The notes beneath the pieces were generated by a model that was not told where the DNA came from, ran no database searches, and saw only the letters and a program-made list of their open reading frames with translations. Made by a program: the position numbers and the translations under genes. Positions 34,433-42,327 of a stretch of DNA of 64,000 bases are shown here, piece by piece. Source of the DNA: an uncultured Planctomycetales bacterium (GTDB lineage: Bacteria; Planctomycetota; Phycisphaerae; UBA1845; Fen-1342); contig CAZKJT010000002.1 in the NCBI GenBank assembly GCA_964553225.1, forward strand, positions 389,908-453,907, read 5' to 3'. Position 1 is the first letter of the stretch. The number at the start of each line of letters is the position of its first letter.

Positions 34433-36715
34433 ATGAGGAACGAACATCGAACCGCGGTTCTGATGGCGTGTGCGCTGCTGGGCGGGAGCGCCCCCGCGCG
34501 TGCGCAGTTTCCGGAGCCGCCTTCCCGATCGGGCGACGCGCCCAAGCCGGGCCGGGCGTTTGAAGGCTACCGGCTTGAACGATTCGCGCTTGCCGCTGGA
34601 GCGGCGCACCTGTCGCGCCGCTGCCGCCCGGCGACGTACTTCGACGCGGTCGGCGATCGGTCCTACGTCTGCGGCGTCGAGGATGGCGCGATCGAAGCGT
34701 GGATCTGGCCGCTGCAGATGTTCGTCGAGGGGCGGCTGTCGTTTCGGCCGGCGGAATCGCTGGATTTCTTCGATCTGCATCGCTATGCCCACACGATCGA
34801 ATCTGCGCCGGATCGCACGGTGCTGCGATATCTGAGCGCTGAGATCGGCGTGGACGCGACGTTCGTCGCTCCGGACGGGCAGCCGGCGATCCTGATTCTG
34901 CTGGCGATCGACGTGGACAAGCCCGGCACGCTGGCGTTCTCGTTTGTGCCGAAACTTGCCCCGCAATGGCCGGCGTCGGTCGGCGGCGTCGCGGCGCAAT
35001 GGGATGAGAGCGCGGGGGCGTTCCGCATGTCCGAGCCGTCCGCGCGCCTGGCGGGCGTGGTCGGCTCGCCGCACGCCGTTCGCGGGACGCGCGGAATCCA
35101 GTATCTGCTGCCTGGCGCGCCGCTGCGAATGGAGATCGACGTTGAGCCGGAGCCGGGACGCGAGACATTTATCCCGCTCCTGTTCACCGCGGCGGAAGGC
35201 GCGCAGGCCCCCGCACAGGCGGACGCGCACTACCGACGAGTGGCGCGTGAGGCGCGCGCGATCGTCGAAACTCATCACGGCGCGTGGCAACGCGCGACGG
35301 AACAGATGACGCGCATCGCGACGCCGGATGCAGAGCTGGACCGCGCGTTTCTGCGCAACGCGATCTCGCTGCGGCAGTCGGTGGTACGGTCTGAAGCGCT
35401 CGGCGACGGACTGATCGCCGGCTATGGTCCGGCCGGACACACTTCGCAACGACCGGGGTTCGCGTGGTACTTCACCGGCGACGTGTCGATCAGCGCGGCG
35501 GCGTACCTCGCGGCCGGGCTGTTCGACGAGCTGGCGATCGGGCTTCGATTTGCCGCGCGGCATCAGCGCGCCGACGGGAAGATTCCGCACGAGGTGGTTC
35601 TTTCTGCACACTTATGCGACTGGTTCGACGCCTATCCGTTCGCATACATCCACGGCGACACGACCGGCCTGTGGATTCACGCATGCCGATCGCACTTCGA
35701 CGCCACCGGAGACCGGGCGCTGTTCGACGAGCTTTGGCCGGCGATCGTGCGCGGGTTCCGCTGGATCCTCGAGCAGGATGAGGACGGCGACGGTCTGCCG
35801 GACAACCCGCGGGCCGGGATGGGAGCGGCCGAGATCGGCGTGCTGTTGAATGACCTTCGGACGGACATACACCTCGCGGCGGTTTCTGCGGCTGCGCTTG
35901 CGGACGTGAGCGCGTTGGCCGCGCGTCGCGGCGAAAGCGCGTTGGCGGCGGAGGCCGGTCAGGCCGCGGAGCGCGCCGTGCGGCGCTTGAACGAGGCGTT
36001 CTGGGATGCGGAGGCGCGTTCGCTGGCGCACAGTCTTCGCACCGACGGCGATCTGTCGCGGGAACGTACGGCGTGGACGGTCATGCCGATCGTGCTGGGG
36101 CTGGTAAGTGGCGAGCGCGCGGACGCGACGCTGGACGTGATCGACGGTGACGCGATCACAACACCCTGGGGATGTCGCCTGCTGTCGCGAGAATCGGAGT
36201 CGTACAACCCGATGGGATACAACCAGGGCGCAGTCTGGCCTTTCATCACCGGGCTGGCGGCGTATGCCGACTTCGAGCGAGGGCGCGGCGACGCGGGATA
36301 TGCGAAAGTGCGTGCGGTCGCCGAGCTGACGTTCGCGGAAGCGCTGGGGCGAACTCCGGAGCTTCTGTCCGGGGCGCGCCCGCGGACGCTGGATGCGTCG
36401 GTGCCGAACCAGATGTTCTCGGCGATGGCGACCGTCGGTCCGGCAGTACGGGGGCTGCTCGGAGTGCGGCCGAGCGCGATGGACAATGTGCTCGAGCTGT
36501 CGCCGTGCTTCCCGGCGGGCTGGGAGGAGGCGCGGCTGGACAATCTGCGGTTCGGCCAGCGCCGGCTGGACGTGAGGATTCGGCGCGAAGGCGAAACGTA
36601 TCACGTGGATTACGCGTTGCGATCACACGACGGCGCGCCGCTGCCGCGAATCGAGCTTCGGCCGCGCAACGGCGTCGTGGGGCGTGTAGAAGCGCGCGTC
36701 GAGGCGGGCGAGTGA
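34433..36715 (+). CDS. secreted six-hairpin (alpha/alpha)6 glycoside-hydrolase-like protein (amylo-alpha-1,6-glucosidase / GDE_C-like)
   Basis: Signal peptide MRNEHRTAVLMACALLGGSAPARAQ. The C-terminal region has ...AGYGPAGHTSQRPGFAWYFTGDVSISAAAYL... and ...NPMGYNQGAVWPFITG..., characteristic of GDE_C/GH-like six-hairpin domains. Confidence 0.6.
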   Translation: MRNEHRTAVLMACALLGGSAPARAQFPEPPSRSGDAPKPGRAFEGYRLERFALAAGAAHLSRRCRPATYFDAVGDRSYVCGVEDGAIEAWIWPLQMFVEGRLSFRPAESLDFFDLHRYAHTIESAPDRTVLRYLSAEIGVDATFVAPDGQPAILILLAIDVDKPGTLAFSFVPKLAPQWPASVGGVAAQWDESAGAFRMSEPSARLAGVVGSPHAVRGTRGIQYLLPGAPLRMEIDVEPEPGRETFIPLLFTAAEGAQAPAQADAHYRRVAREARAIVETHHGAWQRATEQMTRIATPDAELDRAFLRNAISLRQSVVRSEALGDGLIAGYGPAGHTSQRPGFAWYFTGDVSISAAAYLAAGLFDELAIGLRFAARHQRADGKIPHEVVLSAHLCDWFDAYPFAYIHGDTTGLWIHACRSHFDATGDRALFDELWPAIVRGFRWILEQDEDGDGLPDNPRAGMGAAEIGVLLNDLRTDIHLAAVSAAALADVSALAARRGESALAAEAGQAAERAVRRLNEAFWDAEARSLAHSLRTDGDLSRERTAWTVMPIVLGLVSGERADATLDVIDGDAITTPWGCRLLSRESESYNPMGYNQGAVWPFITGLAAYADFERGRGDAGYAKVRAVAELTFAEALGRTPELLSGARPRTLDASVPNQMFSAMATVGPAVRGLLGVRPSAMDNVLELSPCFPAGWEEARLDNLRFGQRRLDVRIRREGETYHVDYALRSHDGAPLPRIELRPRNGVVGRVEARVEAGE

Positions 36716-36761
36716 GTCGCGCCGGGCGACCAAACGGACCGCGCGCGGACTGAGAGAGCGA

Positions 36762-37454
36762 TCACCTGGCGGGCGCGGCGTAGACCTCGACTTCGGTGTA
36801 GTGGTTCTGCTCGTCCTCGGTGTTGCCCTTGCTGTAGAGCCGCACGTAGCGCGCGGTTTCGCCCTTGGCGTCGAACAGACGGCCTTCGTACGTCTCCCAA
36901 TACTCCTTGTCGGACCCGATGCCCATCGCTGACGAGTTGTCGTGGTCGGAGTTGTAGAGCGTGCGGACGTTCTGAATGAAATCGGCGTCGTCGGCTACCT
37001 GCACGACCACGTCCTTGTACACGCGCGCATTGTGGTGATAGTGCCAGGCGACGATGGCGAAGATCGCGTGCGGCTTGCCGAGGTCGATCTGCACCCACTG
37101 CGTTCCGGGGCCCAGCTCGACGTAGCGGCCTTCCTTGGCCTCTTTGTCGCCGTCGGTCACCAACTTCAGCTCGCCGATGATCGGCTCCATGTCGCTGCTG
37201 GTCACCGGCGCCTTCAGCGCCACATTCGTCGTCCCCTTCGGCGCCAGGAACGGCGGGCGCGGGCCTTTGCGCGGCTCCTCCAGGTTCAGGCCCGGCGGGG
37301 CGTTCTTGGGAGTGCCCTTGAACGCCGGCTTCGGCAGCTTCAGCGGAATCTCCTCGAGATCGCCGTCGCCCGCCAGCGCCGCAGGCGCGAACAGGCCCAA
37401 ACCGAACACGAGCGCCGCGCTGCCCGCAAAAATCATCGTGAAGCTACGCCGCAT
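36762..37454 (-). CDS. secreted discoidin (F5/8 type C, galactose-binding-like) domain protein
   Basis: Signal peptide MRRSFTMIFAGSAALVFGLGLFAPAALA. The core ...GTQWVQIDLGKPHAIFAIVAWHYHH... is typical of an F5/8-C beta-sandwich. Last gene of the cytochrome operon. Confidence 0.65.
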   Translation of the reverse strand: MRRSFTMIFAGSAALVFGLGLFAPAALAGDGDLEEIPLKLPKPAFKGTPKNAPPGLNLEEPRKGPRPPFLAPKGTTNVALKAPVTSSDMEPIIGELKLVTDGDKEAKEGRYVELGPGTQWVQIDLGKPHAIFAIVAWHYHHNARVYKDVVVQVADDADFIQNVRTLYNSDHDNSSAMGIGSDKEYWETYEGRLFDAKGETARYVRLYSKGNTEDEQNHYTEVEVYAAPAR

Positions 37455-37887
37455 GTTTCCCGACTCCTCCGCGCGGCCGCCGGGCCGCGAACCATACGTA
37501 CGCCGCGCCGCTGGCAAGCAGTCCCACGCCGCTGCGTTCGTGCCATTCCATCAACTGATGCTGACCACTATACGCGAATAGCGGCGCGGCTGCCGCGACG
37601 AATGTGGCGGAAACGCCACCCGCGCACGCGACGGCGAGCCAGAAGCACGTCTTCCGCGCCACGCCGAGCGCGCCGCAGCCGCCGCAACGCTCGGAATCGA
37701 ATCGATGCGCTCGCCCCCACATCAGAGCGGCCGCAGCAAATCCGGCCAGCACAAGCGGCGCGAACAGCAGGTGAATCACGAGCGCCCAGCCTGTGACGGC
37801 GCCGCGGAGCCAGTTCGATCCCAGCCCGGTCGTCGCCGATCCGACCACGCCAGCCACGCACGTCAACAGGATGACCGCGCGCATCAT
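37444..37887 (-). CDS. small 4-TM membrane protein (possible cytochrome b-like / membrane anchor subunit)
   Basis: 147 aa with four hydrophobic helices and conserved-looking His (H in VIHLLFAPL, HRF, HQLMEWH). The start overlaps the cytochrome stop by 4 nt and the end overlaps the discoidin start by 11 nt. Confidence 0.5.
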   Translation of the reverse strand: MMRAVILLTCVAGVVGSATTGLGSNWLRGAVTGWALVIHLLFAPLVLAGFAAAALMWGRAHRFDSERCGGCGALGVARKTCFWLAVACAGGVSATFVAAAAPLFAYSGQHQLMEWHERSGVGLLASGAAYVWFAARRPRGGVGKHAA

Positions 37888-39755
37888 GCGTCTCCCCCGC
37901 GACGACGCGCGCCATAGCCGGCCAGGCCGTGACGCAGCAGCGCGAGAAGCATGAGACCCGCGCAAAGCAGCGCGGCGAGCTTAAACGCCTCGCGCAGCGG
38001 GAAGCCCGCGTTGAGCGCCTTCACGCGCGCCCGATCGTCGCCGCGGAGCGCCGCCATGTCCCACGTGATGGGGCTGGGCGATTCGCCGATCGGTCCGGGC
38101 GAGAGCTTTCCGAAGTAGATCGACGCGTCATCGGCATGGCAATCTGTGCAGCCGCGAATACCGAGCGATTGGCCGGCCGGGCGAACGTCGTGAGCGATCG
38201 GCCACAGGTAGGGCGGCAGCGCGTCCTGACCCGGCTGCATCTTGCCCGCGGCGTCGAAGCTGTGGACCAGCCCGTCGCGCAGGTAGACGAGCTGGCCGCC
38301 GTCGGGCACGTCGGTCGCGAGCTTGACTGCGATCTGTTCGAGCTGCGCGGCGTCCGGCAGGGCGCCCGCGGGCCCGTCGCCTGTCGGCGCGGCGCGACGC
38401 ACGCGGTCGAGCGGAACGGGGCGCATCTCGCCGCCGCCATGCCTGATCGCCCAGTAGGCCGGAAAGACGGCACGATGCGGCGCGATCTCGCCGCGTTCGT
38501 TTCTGGCGAAGACTGGCGCGAGAATCTGCGGCGGGTCGTCCTGGCTTCTCTCACGAGTGGGAAGGCCCAGGCCGTGATTCATCGCGGTCTGAATCTCGCG
38601 CGTGTGCGGCTGCGGCCAGGGGCCGCTGTGACAGGCCGTGCAGGTGAGCTTCTCGAAATGCACAAGCGGAATGCCGCGGTGTTCGGGGTAAGGCGCGCCG
38701 AGGCGACCCGCGGCATGGTCGCGTCCGGCGATCAGATCGGCTTCGCCCAGGTGGCAGCCGCGACAACTGAGCGTGGCGGCGTCCGGCGATTTCTCAAGCG
38801 CCGGGTCGCCGGGATAGCCGCGCGTGATGCCGTGGTCGATCCCGTTGCGATGGCAATCCGTGCAGAGCAGGCCGGCCGAGAGGTGCACATCCTGGTCGGT
38901 GGTCCAGCGCGGCGCGGCCGACTCGCCGACGATCCGCTCCGCGTGGCAGAACGTGCAGCGTTCGAGTGGAGCGCGGAGCGTGAGGTCGAAGAGCACGCGA
39001 TCGTCGGCGTCGAAACGTCGCAGGTCATACTGGACGCGCGGCGCCGTGCGGTCGGGATAGTCCGGGTTGGGCGGGGCGAGCGGATCGAAGTCATCCGGCA
39101 GGCGCTTGGCGTCGCCCCGAATGGTGGCCAGACCGGCGGTCACAGTCGCCGACCAGCGGAAATTCTCACGCTCGATCTGGCGGCTCAGCTCGGCCGGATC
39201 GTGCTGGAGCGAGGCCGCGTGGCAAAACAGGCAATCGACTTCGACCGTTCCGGAAATGCCCCAGCGAAGCGATTCGTCGGACGCGTCGATGTCGGCCGGG
39301 TCGGGGGCGCCGAAGCCGCCGCCGGGCGAGTGCGCGCCGAAGCGCGTGAGCAGTTCCCAATCGGACACGCCGACGTCGGCCGGGGCGAACGCGCCAGGCC
39401 ATTGCCGCTTGGACAAGGGCAATTGCGTGCCGCTGCGCTCATCCGTGTAGATCCACGGTTCGCCCGCGCGCCCGTCGGCGACGCCTTCGCGTCCGGCGTT
39501 GAAGTGCCAGCCGCTGTGCACCTGGCCGTAGGCGTGGCATTTTCCGCAGGTGCGCGCGGTCGAGAAAGGCGGCGCGTCGGGATCGCGCGGGTCGATGGCG
39601 ACGCCGTCGGCGTCGTAGAGCGTGATGCGATGGACATAGGGCGCGGGCGAGTCGGTGCGCAGGGTCTCGGCGGCGGGTTCCTCGGCGAGGGCGGGGAGCG
39701 TGAGCGCCGGCAAAACCGCAAAAATTGGCATCCGCCACGAGCGCGGGACATTCAT
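37884..39755 (-). CDS. heptaheme c-type cytochrome with C-terminal membrane anchor
   Basis: Signal peptide. Seven CxxCH sites (CGKCH, CLFCH, CTFCH, CTDCH, CRGCH, CTACH, CTDCH) and a C-terminal hydrophobic helix LAALLCAGLMLLALL. Starts 17 nt after the Gfo/Idh/MocA stop. Confidence 0.85.
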   Translation of the reverse strand: MNVPRSWRMPIFAVLPALTLPALAEEPAAETLRTDSPAPYVHRITLYDADGVAIDPRDPDAPPFSTARTCGKCHAYGQVHSGWHFNAGREGVADGRAGEPWIYTDERSGTQLPLSKRQWPGAFAPADVGVSDWELLTRFGAHSPGGGFGAPDPADIDASDESLRWGISGTVEVDCLFCHAASLQHDPAELSRQIERENFRWSATVTAGLATIRGDAKRLPDDFDPLAPPNPDYPDRTAPRVQYDLRRFDADDRVLFDLTLRAPLERCTFCHAERIVGESAAPRWTTDQDVHLSAGLLCTDCHRNGIDHGITRGYPGDPALEKSPDAATLSCRGCHLGEADLIAGRDHAAGRLGAPYPEHRGIPLVHFEKLTCTACHSGPWPQPHTREIQTAMNHGLGLPTRERSQDDPPQILAPVFARNERGEIAPHRAVFPAYWAIRHGGGEMRPVPLDRVRRAAPTGDGPAGALPDAAQLEQIAVKLATDVPDGGQLVYLRDGLVHSFDAAGKMQPGQDALPPYLWPIAHDVRPAGQSLGIRGCTDCHADDASIYFGKLSPGPIGESPSPITWDMAALRGDDRARVKALNAGFPLREAFKLAALLCAGLMLLALLRHGLAGYGARRRGGDA

Positions 39756-39771
39756 CGGCTGAGTCTCGCGC

Positions 39772-41145
39772 TCAAACCTCGAACTCGCCCGGTTCAAAAT
39801 TCACGCGGCAGCCCTTCTCCACCGCGTCGTTCGCCTTCAGCACGGATGCGGCCGTCTCGTAGCCGACGTCCGGCGGGCAGCTCAGCGGCGTTCCGGCGCG
39901 GATGGCGTTGAAGAAGTTCTCGAGGTGGAGCTGATGCACGTCCTTCTTGCTCTCCTCCAGAAGGCGCTGGCCTTCCGGGGCCTTCGAGCCGTCCGGCGCG
40001 AGCGTTTCGCCGAGCTTGAGCGTGATGGCCTCGCGGTCGAGCTTTTCGATCTTCTCCGACTCGTCCTCCCATTCGCGGCGCTTGGCTTCCTGCTCGCGGA
40101 AGAACTCGCCGCGGCGGCTGTCCTCGGAGATGACCATCGAGCCTTCGTCGCCCATGAAGCACTCGTAGAACCCACCGTGGCTGGTGGTGTTCAGCACCTG
40201 GTAGAACGCCCGCACCGGCCCGCTGTCCGTCGCATATTCGAAGATCGAGAGCACGTTGTCGTACCAGTCGCGGCTCTTCTGCTCGGTGTAGTAGTCCAGC
40301 CCGCCGCTGGCGATCACCGATTTCGGACGCGCCTTCAGAACCCAGTTGAACACGTCCACCTGGTGGCTGCCGAGATCGGCCATCGGCCCGCCGGAATACT
40401 TCCGGTACCAGCGCCAGTTGCGGAACTGCTCCATGGATTCGTAGCCGTAGCGCTTCAGCGTGTCGGCATCGAGCACCTGGTTCTCCGGCCAGCCGATCTC
40501 GTACAGCCGTGGACGGTTCCACTGCCCCTGGCAATGCGTGATGCGCCCGAGCACCTTGTCGTTCTCGATCAGCTTCTTGGCGTGCCAGTAGCGCGGATTG
40601 CTGCGCCGCTGATGCCCGATCTGGAGCAGCTTTCCGGTCTCGCGGGCTGCCAGCACCATCTGCTTCGCGCCGTCGAGCGTGTTCGACATCTCCTTCTCGC
40701 AATACACGTGCTTGCCGGCCTTCAGGCACGCGACGGTGTGCTCGGCGTGCACCCAGTCCGGCGTCGCGACGATCACCGCGTCGAGGTTCCGCTCCTTCTC
40801 GAGCATCTCGCGGTAATCTTCGTAGACGTTCACGATCTGGTCGTATTTCTTCAGAATGTTCGCGGCGTATTTCTGGTGATAGGCCCAGACGTCGCAGACG
40901 GCGACGAAGCGAATTCCCGCGATCTTCAGGCAGTTGTTCAGCAGGTTCCGGCCCTGGCTGCCCGGTCCGATGATCGCGATCGCCAGCTCGGGCGGATTGT
41001 CGCCCGTCTTCTCGGCCGCTTCCTGTGCCCAGGCCTGCGGCCCGGCGAGCCACATGCCGGCCGAAGTGACGGCCGCGGTCTGCACAAAATGGCGACGGGT
41101 TACGTCGCTTCCGGGTTTCGTTGGTGCGCCAGGGTTCATGAGCAT
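39772..41145 (-). CDS. TAT-secreted Gfo/Idh/MocA-family NAD(P)-dependent oxidoreductase
   Basis: Twin-arginine signal TRRHFVQTAAVTSAGMWLA. Rossmann motif IAIIGPGSQGRN, ...EKEM..., and a GFO_IDH_MocA C-terminal domain. Confidence 0.9.
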   Translation of the reverse strand: MLMNPGAPTKPGSDVTRRHFVQTAAVTSAGMWLAGPQAWAQEAAEKTGDNPPELAIAIIGPGSQGRNLLNNCLKIAGIRFVAVCDVWAYHQKYAANILKKYDQIVNVYEDYREMLEKERNLDAVIVATPDWVHAEHTVACLKAGKHVYCEKEMSNTLDGAKQMVLAARETGKLLQIGHQRRSNPRYWHAKKLIENDKVLGRITHCQGQWNRPRLYEIGWPENQVLDADTLKRYGYESMEQFRNWRWYRKYSGGPMADLGSHQVDVFNWVLKARPKSVIASGGLDYYTEQKSRDWYDNVLSIFEYATDSGPVRAFYQVLNTTSHGGFYECFMGDEGSMVISEDSRRGEFFREQEAKRREWEDESEKIEKLDREAITLKLGETLAPDGSKAPEGQRLLEESKKDVHQLHLENFFNAIRAGTPLSCPPDVGYETAASVLKANDAVEKGCRVNFEPGEFEV

Positions 41146-41535
41146 CCTCGGGCGAAGTTCGGGGCCGAACCGGTCCGCAAGTCGTTCTGGGTCCGCGGCA
41201 CACGGCCGTCGCGGGCGGCGAATTCGCCACGCGGGCGGTGGCTCGTCAACGAACCACGAATCGACGATCCTCTGTCGAACTGCTACAGGGGCGATCGGCT
41301 CCCACGTGTGTACGTTACAGATTGCGCGGCGCGATCGTCAATCGACGGGCGGCAGGCGGGACGCGAACCAGCCGGCGGATTGTCGCCGTGGCGGCGGCGT
41401 GCGCCGGTTCGGCTCGGTGCGAGGGGAAGTCGCGCTTCGGAAAGGGGTCGCACAAGCAGCCGGCGCGAGGGCCTTGATTCCGTCGCGCTTGCGTTTTACG
41501 CTTGTCCTTTCGGTCCGCGAGGCGATCTTCGCGCC

Positions 41536-41607
41536 GCCGATGTAGCTCAACGGTAGAGCACCGCTTTCGTAAAGCGGGGGTTGAGGGTTCAAATCCCTCC
41601 ATCGGCT
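41536..41607 (+). tRNA. tRNA-Thr (anticodon CGT)
   Basis: Manual cloverleaf: acceptor GCCGATG/CATCGGC, D-arm GCTC-AACGGTA-GAGC, anticodon stem CCGCT/AGCGG with loop TTCGTAA (CGT), variable GGGTT, T-arm GAGGG-TTCAAAT-CCCTC, discriminator T. 72 nt, no encoded CCA. Confidence 0.85.
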
Positions 41608-41608
41608 T

Positions 41609-42121
41609 TCATGTTTCCGCTTTCTGCCCGCCGGTCCGCACCCAGCCGATGTCCGTGCCGTCATGCAGCCGCAAGCGCCCCGAAAGAAGGGCCGCGTGGT
41701 GCTGGATGTGCCGGATGGAGTGGAGCTGGTGCTCCAGCTTCGGCATCGTGGCGTGCCACGGAAAGCCTGCGCCGGCCGCGTCGAGGTCCAGGCGATCAAC
41801 GCAGGCATCGACCATGCGGTCGCAGAGCGTCCAGTAGCTCAGCAGGTCGTCGCGCGTGTACGGATCGGCGATCGGCTGGGCGCTCTCGGGCGGGTAGGGC
41901 AGGTCGTGATGCTCGCCGCGGTGGCGCTCCCACGGCGTGAAGTCCTCGAGCCGCCGCTGAAGATAGAGGTGCGTGAAGTAGAGTGTGTGGTACGCGACGC
42001 GCCAATACGGCGTCGCGTGCGGGCCGTCGTTCCAGAGCAAGTCCGGGCATTGCTCGATCGTCCGCCGCAGCGTCTCCAGTGCCGCGTGATACTGACCTTT
42101 CAGCGCCGTTCGAATGTCCAT
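41609..42121 (-). CDS. DinB/YfiT-like (DinB_2 superfamily) four-helix-bundle metalloenzyme family protein
   Basis: About 170 aa with conserved His pattern (…HTLYFTHLYL…, …HQLHSIRHIQHH…) typical of DinB_2/DUF664. The stop is 1 nt from the tRNA 3' end. Confidence 0.65.
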   Translation of the reverse strand: MDIRTALKGQYHAALETLRRTIEQCPDLLWNDGPHATPYWRVAYHTLYFTHLYLQRRLEDFTPWERHRGEHHDLPYPPESAQPIADPYTRDDLLSYWTLCDRMVDACVDRLDLDAAGAGFPWHATMPKLEHQLHSIRHIQHHAALLSGRLRLHDGTDIGWVRTGGQKAET

Positions 42122-42327
42122 CGTCAGGCTCCGATCGACGGGGATGGGTTGGCGACGGCTCGCGGACCGGGCGGGACGCCCGTACCACCCGCATTGGTGC
42201 GGAACCGACGCGAATCCAGTCTATGGCCTGCGTCTGACCGTTCCTGCGCGGGATTCTGCACGGAGCCCTGCACGGAGTCCCGCGCGGAGTCCTGCGCGGA
42301 GTCGTGCACGGAATCCCGCACGGGGCC

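Noticed and set aside
41536-42121. tRNA-Thr directly abutting the DinB-like gene as a possible integration hotspot or genomic-island boundary.
   Set aside because: No integrase, direct repeat of the tRNA 3' end, or compositional shift was found downstream. The neighbouring genes (aceE, Gfo/Idh/MocA) look native.
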